Positions 52,061 through 62,727 of a stretch of 64,000 nt of DNA are shown one piece after another. The stretch lies in the NCBI RefSeq assembly GCF_010671925.1, contig NZ_JAAHIH010000001.1, forward strand, positions 677,053 to 741,052, written 5' to 3'. Both the position numbers and the translations under genes were made by a program. A model generated the notes under the pieces. That model was given only the letters and a program-made list of their open reading frames with translations. It ran no database searches and was not told where the DNA came from. The stretch's first letter is position 1; each line of letters begins with the position of its first letter. The DNA comes from Moorena sp. SIOASIH. Lineage in GTDB: Bacteria > Cyanobacteriota > Cyanobacteriia > Cyanobacteriales > Coleofasciculaceae.

Positions 52061-52786
52061 TTAAATTTTTCGGTAGATGAAATATGTTTCAGCTTTGATA
52101 CTTTCTTCTACAAAGTTGGCTTGACTAAGCATCGTTGTTGTAGTTTGATAGCTGATTAATCTTAGTTTTAGTTTTTGTTCTGCCAATAATTTTTCATTTT
52201 GATAGAAAAGATAATCGAGAATCGTATAACGTTCATCTTCGTTTCCTTCAGTATGAGCAATTCTCTTATGAACAATTCCATTTTCCAATTCTACCAAGTT
52301 ATCACCATAGGCATTAGATGAACTAATAATCAATAGACCGTCTGGTTTGAGATGTTTTGCAACCCGATCAAAACTTTTTTGAATCTCCGTTAAACCTAAA
52401 ATATGGCTGGCGAGCATTGTTTCAACTTGATCGTTAACAAATGTCCAAGCACCCCCACGGGAATACACAACATCGAACTGTTTACCCAGATCAAGTTCGG
52501 AGACATTTTGACAATGTAAATCAACTGTTTTTCCTAATTTATTCTCCGCCTGTTCTAATAGAGATTCACTGGTATCAATTCCAGTAATTTTGTAAGCGGG
52601 TTGAATTTGCAGTAAATGTTCTACAACTATACCCGTACCTATCCCTATATCTAAGATATCTCTAGCCTCTCCTATGAGTTTAGCAAGTTCAGTGGCAATT
52701 TTATGGTAGTTCCTATTCTTTTGAACAAAATCATCATAAAATTGGGCAAGTTTATGATATTGGTCGTTCATATATTGGTCGCTCAT
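52061..52786 (-). CDS. Class I SAM-dependent methyltransferase
   Basis: 241 aa. Motif I ILDIGIGTG; post-I acidic residue. Confidence 0.75.
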   Translation of the reverse strand: MSDQYMNDQYHKLAQFYDDFVQKNRNYHKIATELAKLIGEARDILDIGIGTGIVVEHLLQIQPAYKITGIDTSESLLEQAENKLGKTVDLHCQNVSELDLGKQFDVVYSRGGAWTFVNDQVETMLASHILGLTEIQKSFDRVAKHLKPDGLLIISSSNAYGDNLVELENGIVHKRIAHTEGNEDERYTILDYLFYQNEKLLAEQKLKLRLISYQTTTTMLSQANFVEESIKAETYFIYRKI

Positions 52787-52848
52787 ATATTAAATTAATA
52801 CTCTTGAATATTTATTTTGTAAAAGTTCTATTGTTTGTCTTATATTCA

Positions 52849-53385
52849 TCAATTCAATTCTTTCGTCCATCGATTAAATTTATTTTTAGTAGGTGTATGA
52901 ATATAACCATATTTCTTTGCCAAAAATTTCGCGCCCGCTTCTGTGCCCATTTCGGTAATTATTTTTTCAAAGCCCGCATTTTTAGTGACTTCATGTACTT
53001 TATCAATAATAGCACTCATTATCTCATGGCGGAATTTTGGATATAATTCAATTGTAAACATCCATCCTAGATCGCAGTCTTCTTTACCTTCTGGTTTATA
53101 AGATGGAATTACAAAAAATGCACCCAAGATATTTTCACATAAATCTAGTGCGATAATATGCACTAAACCTTCTTGATAAGGGTCGGTAATATTTTTGAAA
53201 GTATGTTCTGCTGGACGAGTCCTCAAAAAGTTGTCATTAAAGTTTGAATCTCCAAAAACTCGATATAAAATGGCTTTTATCTCTTTCCAGCGATTGAGAA
53301 TATATTGATGATCGACAACTTCTATTGTATAGTCTCTTTTTTGTTTATTTAAATCAAGTTGTTTGTTAGTTTTTTCTAATTTCAT
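52849..53385 (-). CDS. GNAT-family N-acetyltransferase (tentative)
   Basis: 178 aa. Motif A-like segment EIMSAIIDKVHEVTKNAGFEKIITEMGTEAGAKFLAKKYGY. Confidence 0.5.
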   Translation of the reverse strand: MKLEKTNKQLDLNKQKRDYTIEVVDHQYILNRWKEIKAILYRVFGDSNFNDNFLRTRPAEHTFKNITDPYQEGLVHIIALDLCENILGAFFVIPSYKPEGKEDCDLGWMFTIELYPKFRHEIMSAIIDKVHEVTKNAGFEKIITEMGTEAGAKFLAKKYGYIHTPTKNKFNRWTKELN

Positions 53386-53879
53386 CTAGTTTTTATTCCT
53401 GATAATTAACTTTGTCAACAACATCAAATAACGTGACTTCAATGAACCTCTCCCCAACCGCTCCTAAAAACTTGAACAAAACTAAATTTGTTTAACAACG
53501 TTATACCTCTTCAAGACCCATGTCAACTAGTGCTACCTACTTGCGGGGAGGATTCTCGCTTCCGGTCTGGAAGGGAATATAAGACGAAATAGTTTTCTAC
53601 AATCCCCCAGTAACTTCAGGGGTGTCGATTTCTATTGTCTATCCTCTACTATAAATCGAGCGTATCTGATTAGGTAAAAGTTAAACTCCTATCCAATAAT
53701 ACCTTTTATATTTTGCAATCAAAAATAATATTATTTAAGTTTTGTGTAGCTTTTGTTATACCAAATCCTGGCAATAAATCAGGCATAAGCTCAAGATGAG
53801 TTAATTTAAATTAATAGGATATCGCTTCAATATTAGCTTTTAAACCCCGAATGTTGTATAAAACATATCATCTAAATTT

Positions 53880-54195
53880 GTGTAAGTATTCAGCTCTCAG
53901 CTATCAGCTCTCAGCTATCAGCTTAAGCGCTACGCGCACGCTTGGCCTTTGGCCACGCTTCGCGAACGCGAACAGCTCTCAGCTCTCAGCTTTTGAATAA
54001 GCGATGCAGCAAGGGAACAGGGGGTTTCCCCCACTCGCTATTGCATCAAGACAACAAGTAAGCATTGGTTTAATCTGAGTGAAGTCCCAGCGTAGAAGCC
54101 TGTGCCAAAAAGCACCTCAAGTAGCGTGAGCCTTTAGCTCACGGCTGTTCGCGTAGCGTGGCCTACGGCCAACGGCTGACGGCTGAATGCTTACA
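53880..54195. repeat. MITE-like small-repeat cluster
   Basis: Shares the cagctatcagc, gcgctacgcgcacgc, gtttcccccactcgc, taatctgagtgaagtcccagcgt and aatgcttac modules with 12540-12810 and 41640-41950. Confidence 0.75.
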
Positions 54196-54455
54196 AATTT
54201 GTTTTTTTTACAGGGTAAATTTATAATTATGTGTTCCAAATTCCAGCTATTAGCTAAACCAGTAACCATTCTAACCCTTGAATTGTAACTAATTATTACA
54301 CATTTTACAAATTGCCTTGACTTTTTTTGGTTTTAGGTTGACAATAAAGTTACCCAATGATTATACTATAATCATGAAAAAAAAGCCGCGCTTTCTGCCG
54401 ACCAAGCGCCAAGCGCGGCTTTCTACCCAATTACAATTGAGGTAATTCTATAATA

Positions 54456-54866
54456 ATGCGAAAAAAACGATTTGTTTATCTTCCCATCGATTACCACGAA
54501 GCGATAGAGCGTCTTGAGCAGCTTGCACAGCTTGCCCAGAGGGAGTCTCAGGAGGAAAATTGCTATCCCTACCCCATCACCGAGCGCGAGCAAATCCTAA
54601 TCCGACTGTACAGTTACTGGGAATTGGGCATGACACCGCAACGGTTCTACCAGAAGTGGGACTTGACGAGGGAAGATATGGCCTTGATCTGCTCCTGTTC
54701 CGTTCAAACCGTTAACGGCTGGTTTAACACCAGTCGTCGCTGTTACCCTCCCACTGCTGGTCACTTGCGCCATCTGGCCATTATGGATTTTTTATTGGAG
54801 GATTTTGAGACAATTCCGAAACCGTTATTGGAGCGATTGTTCTCGAAGGGAGAATTAAGCATGTAG
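54456..54866 (+). CDS. Small helix-turn-helix protein (putative transcriptional regulator)
   Basis: 136 aa. HTH-like LTREDMALICSCSVQTVNGWFN. A 10-bp palindrome catgattata-ct-tataatcatg and a GC hairpin lie upstream. Confidence 0.5.
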   Translation: MRKKRFVYLPIDYHEAIERLEQLAQLAQRESQEENCYPYPITEREQILIRLYSYWELGMTPQRFYQKWDLTREDMALICSCSVQTVNGWFNTSRRCYPPTAGHLRHLAIMDFLLEDFETIPKPLLERLFSKGELSM

Positions 54867-54996
54867 AACTTAGAATTTAGAATGAAGAATGAAGAAGGCA
54901 GAATTCTAAATTCTTCATTCTAAATTTCCAACTATAACTTCTAACTTCTAACTTCTAACTTCTAACTTCTAACTTCTAACTTCTAACTTCTAAACT

Positions 54997-55851
54997 ATGG
55001 TTTTCCCCTTACCCGATAAATACATTGACCTGCTCACGGATTTCGGTTTTAAGCGCGTCTTTGGCACTGAGCCCAACAAGGCACTGTTGATCGATTTCTT
55101 GAATACGCTGTTGCCTCCCCACCATCAGATTCAGGATGTCACTATTAAGAATCCCGAGTTTTTGGGTAACACTTTAGTGGATAGAAGAGCGATTTTCGAT
55201 ATTTATTGTCAGAGCACAACCGGTGAACGCTTCATTGTGGAAATGCAAAAGGCAAAACAAAATTTCTTCAAAGACCGGAGTGTTTACTATTCCACTTTCC
55301 CCATCCAAGAACAGGCGCAACAGGGAGATTGGAATTATAAGCTAAAGGCAGTCTACACCGTTGGTATTTTAGATTTCATTTTTAATGACCATAAGCAGGA
55401 TTCAGAACTGTTGCATGTGGTAGAGCTAAAAAATCAGCGGTGTGAAGTGTTCTACGATAAGTTGAAATTCATCTATGTCGAGCTACCGAAATTTACTAAA
55501 TCTGTTGATCAACTAGAAACCCATTTTGACAAGTGGTTATTTTTATTCAGGCATCTTGCCCAATGTAATGCTCCCCCTGAACCCTTGCAAGAGGATGTGT
55601 TTGCTCAGCTGTTTGAAGTAGCTGAGATTGCCAACTTTTCCTCCGAGGAGCAAGGCCTGTATCAGGATAGCCTCAAAGTCTACCGGGATATGTATAGTGT
55701 TAATCAAACCTTGATTCAAGAAAGTCTCGAACAAGGTAGACAACAAGGTATAGAACAGGTTGCTAAACAGATGAAGGCAGCAGGATTACCCCTGAAGGAT
55801 ATTGCTCAGTATACGGGGTTGAGTGTGGATGAGATTAATCGGTTGTCGTAA
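54997..55851 (+). CDS. Rpn-family recombination-promoting nuclease / putative transposase (PD-(D/E)XK, YhgA-like)
   Basis: 284 aa. The N-terminal DLLTDFGFKRVFG...RAIFDIYCQ...ERFIVEMQ block is characteristic of this family. Confidence 0.8.
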   Translation: MVFPLPDKYIDLLTDFGFKRVFGTEPNKALLIDFLNTLLPPHHQIQDVTIKNPEFLGNTLVDRRAIFDIYCQSTTGERFIVEMQKAKQNFFKDRSVYYSTFPIQEQAQQGDWNYKLKAVYTVGILDFIFNDHKQDSELLHVVELKNQRCEVFYDKLKFIYVELPKFTKSVDQLETHFDKWLFLFRHLAQCNAPPEPLQEDVFAQLFEVAEIANFSSEEQGLYQDSLKVYRDMYSVNQTLIQESLEQGRQQGIEQVAKQMKAAGLPLKDIAQYTGLSVDEINRLS

Positions 55852-55984
55852 GAATGGAGAATTAAGAATTAAGAATGTAGAATGTAGAATGTAGGGAGAA
55901 TGCATAATAATTACAAATTATAACTTCTAAATTAGAAATTTGCAATTCCCAATTCTCAATTCTCAATTCTTAATTCTTAATTCA

Positions 55985-58951
55985 CTATTCTAATTGCTCC
56001 TGAGCAAACTCCCGCAGTTCAGGATCCGAGTCATGCTCTGCTCTATCCTGCAATAAGAATCGGGTTTGGGAATGGTTAGGATAATATTCGAGGATGGCCT
56101 TAAGGGCTACTTGTCGAGGATTGTCTATTATCCAGTTTTGCTTACGTTCAAAGCGGTCATGGAGAGTGCGATCGCATAAAAATTTAAATAACCAAGGCTG
56201 ATCCTGCCAACCTTGAGCTAACTGTTCAATTGCTGTACCTCGCACAGTCAAATTTTTATCAGAGCGAGCCGATTGTTGAAGTAGGGCTAAGGTATCTCGG
56301 TGGTCTTTGTAACCTTGAGCTAACTTTTCAATTACTCTACATCGCACATACCAATCTTTATCAGAGCGAGCGGATTCTTGAAATAAGGCTAAGGTATCTG
56401 GGTGGTCTGGCCAACCTTGAGCTAACTGTCCAATTGCTGTAACTCGCACATCCAAATCAGTATCAGAGCGAGCCGATGCTTGAAGTAGAGCTAAGGTATC
56501 TTGATGGTCTTGGTAACCTTGAGCTAACTGTTCAATTGCTTTACCTCGCACATTCCAATCAGGATCAGAGCGAGCCCATTCTTGAAGTAGGGCTAAGGTA
56601 TCTGGGTGGTCTTTGTAACCTTGAGCTAACTGTTCAATTGCTTTACCTCGCACCGACAAATCAGGATCAGATCGAGCCCATTTTTGAAGTAGGGCTAAGG
56701 TATCTCCATGGTCTTGCCAATGGGTTGCTACTGCTACAACAGCTTTAGCGCGAATATCACTATCACTGAATCTTTTTCTATTTTGATCATAATGAATTAA
56801 GTCTTTGACCCGATTCAGTAATCGAGTATCCGTTAATTTAATCTCATAGCGATTCCTAACCTCAGACAAACAATTCGCTGCCAGAAATAAATTATTAAAC
56901 TTATATCCTTCTCCATCTTGTGCCATCAAATAATCAATAATCTCGCCAGCTTTCTTAGAATCAATCATTCCTACAATCAACCTCAGCACTTCATGCCAAG
57001 ATTCATCCCGCCAGTGCTGACCAAATACTTCATTTTTCAACTGTTCTAGGTCAATCTCCTGTTTTTTCTCAAATTTCCTGACAAATTCCCAGGCACAGAA
57101 ATATTCCAAAAATGTCCGATGCACAAAGGCGTAATAATCGGCTCCCATGAAACACAAGATAAAATTGCGGGTGCGCAACTGATTAATCATTACCTTAGCA
57201 ACGGTTCTCGGGTCATTAATTTCCCGTAATTTAAGCTCCTTTTTGATAATTGTTTCTAAATCCTCGCCACTAATCAGATTTCCCGCTAATCCGGCTTGAT
57301 TGCCCTGCATGAAATCTGCTACTTTTCCTAGCATCTGTTGCTTATCTTGATAATCAATAGTCTTCGGGTCAACACGATTATCTTCTAGTAATGCTCGTTC
57401 TACATCCCATTGATGGAGCAGTAATCGAGACGATTGGTTATAGAGTTCAGAGCGGTCACGAGGCAATTCTTGATTGCGATTCAGGATTGCCATCATGGTT
57501 AGTAATAGGGGATTTTGCGCCAGTTGTCGAATCGGGGAGGATGTCTCAATTGCGTTTTGTAAGCGCTCCCGTTTCCTAACTTTATCCCCTTGATCAGTAA
57601 AGGTTAACTCATGCCACTGCTCGATAAAGGTTTGAATTTGTTCTGAGTCCAAGTCTTGGAGCATAACATGACGAAATTCAGCATCCCGTAGCCGTTGGGG
57701 TTTATAACCAATTACCCGAGATGTTACAATTACTCGTACCTTAGGATACTTATTCGTAAAGCGATGAATATCCGTAATTACATCCTCTCGTTTCCCTGGC
57801 TCAAACACTTCATCCAAGCCATCAAACATCACTAATGCCTTACCATCTTTTAACTGCTGATCAAGGTGATGTTGATTCAGATGACATATCGCTCCACTGC
57901 TTTGATGGCAGAATTCCAAGAAACTATTACACTGTCCGTTATCGCGATTCCGGATATAAGTGCGTAATTCAATCAGTAACGGAATCCGTAGAGAAGGTTC
58001 AGTAGTTAGATCGGTTCTTGCCCAATTTAATGCTAAATATTGCAGCAAGGTAGATTTACCAGAGCCTGGGTCTCCTAAAACCACCAAATACCGATAGTCT
58101 TGAGAGTCCTTAATCACATCCAATACGGATTTTATCGGCTGTTGATAATAATCCTTTTTAGCTCGTTGCAACTCCTTTTGGTCAATTTCCTGATCTAGTT
58201 GACCACTCTCTCGCAGTTTTTGATAATAATCCTTAGGCAGTTCATGAATCGCCTCTGGCATCAAGTCATGAACCTCTCGCACATTTTGAGGGATAAATAT
58301 TTTCCATAGTTTTAGTTCATTATAGGCACAGCCACTGGTATCTAAACTATCTAATTTGACATTACCGTAGCTCTCTAGGAGTGCTTCTTGATATTCCCTT
58401 AAGTCAAAATCTGGGGTAATTCCTGGTTTAGTGTTTTCTGCGATCGCTTCCAAAGTTTGGGAATCTTGGATAGGCCGTAAATCATCGGATTCCTGAATAA
58501 TCGTTCTTACTTCCTTGAGATACCGTTTACCAATATAGTGCCAATCAAATCCTTCCGGTAATGCTAATAAGTCAAGCTCAATCCAAGTCTTATCTAATTT
58601 TTCGGTATCTATTCGTTTACAGCCATACTTAAAGGCACTGCCCAGGATAGCTTTAATGGATTTATGTTTAATATATTGCTTGAGGGGTTTAGTATACTGT
58701 TTTACGTCTTGCTTAGATAAATCAGCATCTTCCAACTCTTCTTCCACTAAAGCCACGAATTCTTTTAAGGCTTTACCGAAGAGTTTTTTCTGGGTAGTTT
58801 GATCCGATAGTCCGGTATACTCTTTGATAGACTCTTTGAAAAACTCTTTAGTGTAGTCTTCTAGAGCGCCTTTGGCCAACGGACCAATTACTTCTTTGGC
58901 CAGATAGCCACCGGCACTATAAATTCCCCAAACTGCTAACCAATCCAGCAT
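55985..58951 (-). CDS. STAND NTPase: unknown N-terminal domain + NACHT + C-terminal HEAT-like repeats, paralog 1
   Basis: 988 aa. Walker A VVLGDPGSGKSTLLQYLA, Walker B LVMFDGLDEV, and about 8 HEAT-like repeats of ~34 aa (DxDxxVRxxAIEQLAQGYKDHPDTLALLQ). Confidence 0.85.
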   Translation of the reverse strand: MLDWLAVWGIYSAGGYLAKEVIGPLAKGALEDYTKEFFKESIKEYTGLSDQTTQKKLFGKALKEFVALVEEELEDADLSKQDVKQYTKPLKQYIKHKSIKAILGSAFKYGCKRIDTEKLDKTWIELDLLALPEGFDWHYIGKRYLKEVRTIIQESDDLRPIQDSQTLEAIAENTKPGITPDFDLREYQEALLESYGNVKLDSLDTSGCAYNELKLWKIFIPQNVREVHDLMPEAIHELPKDYYQKLRESGQLDQEIDQKELQRAKKDYYQQPIKSVLDVIKDSQDYRYLVVLGDPGSGKSTLLQYLALNWARTDLTTEPSLRIPLLIELRTYIRNRDNGQCNSFLEFCHQSSGAICHLNQHHLDQQLKDGKALVMFDGLDEVFEPGKREDVITDIHRFTNKYPKVRVIVTSRVIGYKPQRLRDAEFRHVMLQDLDSEQIQTFIEQWHELTFTDQGDKVRKRERLQNAIETSSPIRQLAQNPLLLTMMAILNRNQELPRDRSELYNQSSRLLLHQWDVERALLEDNRVDPKTIDYQDKQQMLGKVADFMQGNQAGLAGNLISGEDLETIIKKELKLREINDPRTVAKVMINQLRTRNFILCFMGADYYAFVHRTFLEYFCAWEFVRKFEKKQEIDLEQLKNEVFGQHWRDESWHEVLRLIVGMIDSKKAGEIIDYLMAQDGEGYKFNNLFLAANCLSEVRNRYEIKLTDTRLLNRVKDLIHYDQNRKRFSDSDIRAKAVVAVATHWQDHGDTLALLQKWARSDPDLSVRGKAIEQLAQGYKDHPDTLALLQEWARSDPDWNVRGKAIEQLAQGYQDHQDTLALLQASARSDTDLDVRVTAIGQLAQGWPDHPDTLALFQESARSDKDWYVRCRVIEKLAQGYKDHRDTLALLQQSARSDKNLTVRGTAIEQLAQGWQDQPWLFKFLCDRTLHDRFERKQNWIIDNPRQVALKAILEYYPNHSQTRFLLQDRAEHDSDPELREFAQEQLE

Positions 58952-59232
58952 CTTATTGGTAGTTGTTTTTTGCTTTATCTATCATTATAGACGAAAGGCA
59001 ATCAGTTTGACCTGATGGTGCGTTACGGGACGGACTGTCTCAACACTGGCTACGCATAACATGAGGGCGAGCCCGGTGCATCTCAATGCATGCTATTTGA
59101 CGCGGTGGTGCGTTACGGGCAGCAACCTAACACTTGCTATGGCTTGCGTCTTGGCGAGCCCGTCCCTAACACACCCTACGCCTTAATTTTAAATTCTAAA
59201 TTCTAAATTCTAAATTCTTCATTCTAAATTCT

Positions 59233-62200
59233 TCATTCTAAATTCTCCTTAGCAAACTTCCGCAGTTCAGGATCGGGGTCATGCTTTGCTCTATCCTGTA
59301 ATAAGGATCGGGTTTCGGAATGCTTAGGATAATATTCCAGGATGGCATTAAGAGCTACTTGTCGAGGATTGTCATCCCAGTCTTCCTTACCCTCAAAGGG
59401 TTCATGGAGAGTGCCATCCCATAAAAATTCAAATAACCAAGGCTGGTCTTTCCAACCTTGAGCTAAATGTTTAATTGCTGTACATCGCACATCCGAATCA
59501 GTATCACAGCGAGCCGATTCTTGAAGTAGGGCCAAGGTATCTTGGTGGTCTTGGTAACCTTTAGCTAACTGTTCAATTGCTGTAACTCGCACCTGCCAAT
59601 CAGTATCACAGCGAGCCCATTGTTGAAGTAGGGCTAAGGTATCTTGGTGGTCTTGGTAACCTTTAGCTAACTGTTCAATTGCTGTAACTCGCACACTCGA
59701 ATCAGTATCAGAGCGAGCCCATCGTTGAAGTAGGGCTAAGGTATCTGGGTGGTCTTTGTAAGCTTTAGCTAACTGTTTAATTGCTGTAACTCGTACCCAC
59801 GAATCAGTATCAGAATCAGAGCAAGCCCATTGTTGAAGTAGGGCTAAGGTATCTCGGTGGTCTTTGTAAGCTTTAGCTAACTGTTGAATTGCTGTAATTC
59901 GTACCCACGAATCATAATCAGAGCGAGCCCATTGTTGAATTAGGGCTAAGGTATCTTGGTGGTCTTTGTAAGCTTTAGCTAACTGTTCAATTGCTTTACA
60001 TCGGACATCCGAATCAGTATTAGACCGAGCCAATTCTTGAAGTATGGCTAAGGTATCTTGGTGGTCTTTGTAACCTTTAGCTAACTGTTCAATTGCTCTA
60101 ACTCGCACCTGCCAATCAGTATCACAGCGAGCCAATTCTTGAAGTAAGGCTAAGGTATCTCGGTGGTCTTTGTAAGCTTTAACTAACTGTTCAATTGCTG
60201 TAGCTCGCACCCACGAATCAGTATCAGAGCGAGCCAATTCTTGAAGTATGTCTAAGGTATCTATGTGGTCTTTGTAAGCTTTAACTAACTCTTCAATTGC
60301 TCTAACTCGCACCTCCGAATCAGTATCACAGCGAGCCGATTGTTCAAGTAGGGCTAAGGTATATTGGTGGTCTTTGTAACCTTGAGCTAACTGTTCAATT
60401 GCTCTAACTCGCACCTCCGAATCAGTATCACAGCGAGCCGATTGTTTAAGTATGGCTAAGGTCTCTTTGTGGTCTTTGTAACCTTGAACTAACTGTTCAA
60501 TTGCTCTACATCGCACCCACAAATCAGTATCAGAGCGAGCCAATTCTTGAAGTAGGGCTAAGGTATCTGGGTGGTCTTTGTAACCTTTAGCTAACTGTTC
60601 AATTGCTGTAGCTCGCACCCACAAATCAGTATCAGAGCGAGCCAATTTTTTAAGTAGGGCTAAGGTATCTGGGTGGTCTTTGCAACTTTTAGCTAACTGT
60701 TCAATTGCTCTAACTCGCACCCACAAATCAGTATCAGAGCGAGCCAATTTTTTAAGTAGGGCTAAGGTATCTCGGTGGTCTTGCCAATGGGTGGCTACTG
60801 CTACAACAGCTTTAGTGCGAAGATCACGGACTAAGTTGGCCTCATCTCTATACTTTTTATCAGTATAATTTAGATCATAATGAATTAAGTCTTTGACGCG
60901 ATTCAGTAATCCAATATTCGTTGATTTAATCTCATACCGATTCCTAACCTCAGATAAACAATCCCCTGCCAGAAATAAATTCTTAAACTCATCCTCTACT
61001 CCACCTTGTGCCATCAAATACTCAATAATCTCTCCACCTTTCTTAGAATCAATCATGCCCACAATCAACTGCAGCGCTTCATGCCAATATTCATCTCGCC
61101 AGTGCTTACCAAATACCTCAGTTTTCAACTGTGCTAGGGAAATCTCCTGCTTTTTCTCAAATTTCCTGACAAATTCCCGAGCACAGAAATATTCCAAAAA
61201 TGTCCGATGCACAAAAGCGTAGTAATCTGCTCCCATTAAACAAAAGATAAAATTGCGGGTACACAACTGATTAATCATTACCTTAGCAACAGCTTTAGGA
61301 TTAGTAATCTCCCGTAATTTCAGCTCCTCTTTGATAATTCTTTCTAAATCTTCCCCACTAATCAGATTTCCCGCTAATCCGGCTTGATTACCCTGCATGA
61401 AATCTGCCACTTTTCCCAATATCTGTTGCTTATCTTGATAATCAATCGTCTTTGGGTCAACAGGATTATCTTCTAGTAATGCTAGTTCCACATCCCATTG
61501 ATGGAGCAGTAAGCGAGAAGATTGGTTATAGAGTTCAGAGCGGTCACGAGGCAATTCTTGATTGTGGTTCAGGATTGCCATCATCGTTAGTAATAGGGGA
61601 TTTTGCGCCAGTTGTCGAATCCGAGAGCATGTCTTAATGGCTTTTTGTAAGCGCTCCTGTTTCCTAACTTTATCGGCTTGATCAGTATAGGTTAACTCAT
61701 GCCACTGCTCGATAAACGTTTGAATTTGTTCCGACTCCAAGTCTTGGAGCATAACATGACGAAATTCAGCATCCCGTAGCCGTTGGGGTTTATAACCAAT
61801 TACCCGAGATGTCACAATTACTCTTACCTTAGGATACTTATTCGTAAAGCGATGAATATCAGTAATCACATCTTCTCGTTTCCCTGGCTCAAACACTTCA
61901 TCCAAGCCATCAAACATCACTAATACTTTACCAGCCTTTAACTGATCATCAAGTTTATTTTGATTCAGATGACATATCGCTCCACTACTTTGATGGCAGA
62001 ATTCCAAGAAATTCTGACACTGTCCACTATCGCGATTCCGGATATAAGTGGGTAAGTCAATCAGTAACGGAATCCGTAGAGAACGTTCAGTAGTTAGATC
62101 GGTTCTTGCCCACTCCAATGCTAAATACTGGAGCAACGTAGATTTACCAGAGCCTGGGTCTCCTAAAACCACCAAATAGCGATAGCCTTGAGAGTTCTTG

Positions 62201-62667
62201 ATCACATCCAATATGGATTGAATTGGCTGTTGATAATAAACCTCTTTAGCTCGTTTCAACTCCTCTTGGTCAATTTTCTGATCTAGTTGACCACTCTCTC
62301 GAAGTTTTCGATAATCATCCTTAGGCAGTTCATGAATCGCCTCTGGCATCAAGTCATGAACCTCTCGCACATTTTGGGGGATAAATATATTCCAGAGTTT
62401 TAGTTCATTATAAGCACAGCCACTAGTATCAAAACTATCCAATTTGACATTACCGTAGCTCTCTAGGAGTGCTTCCTGATATTTCCTTAAGTCAACATCT
62501 GGGGTAATTTCTGGTTTAGTGTTTTCTGCGATCGCTTCCAAGGTTTGGGAATCTCGGATAGGCCGTAACTTATCGGATTCCCGAATAATATTTTTTACTT
62601 TATTATTGTTCTTCTTTTTTACTTTCTTAAGATAGTTTTTACCAATATAGTACATAGTGCCAATCAA
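59233..62667 (-). pseudogene. STAND NTPase NACHT + ~17 HEAT-like repeats, paralog 2, separated from its N-terminal domain by a small-repeat insertion
   Basis: 1144-aa body ORF collinear with paralog 1 from residue ~140 onward. The N-terminal domain is encoded by a separate ORF (62728-63282). The junction (62600-62760) carries a 3-bp insertion, an inserted A/T-rich stretch and a GGCCGTTGGCCACGCTACGCGAAC repeat, relative to paralog 1 at 58500-58660. Confidence 0.6.
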
Positions 62668-62727
62668 ATCCTTCCGGTAATTCTAATAAGTCAAGCTCAA
62701 TCTAAGTCTTCGCTAATATATCGGTAT

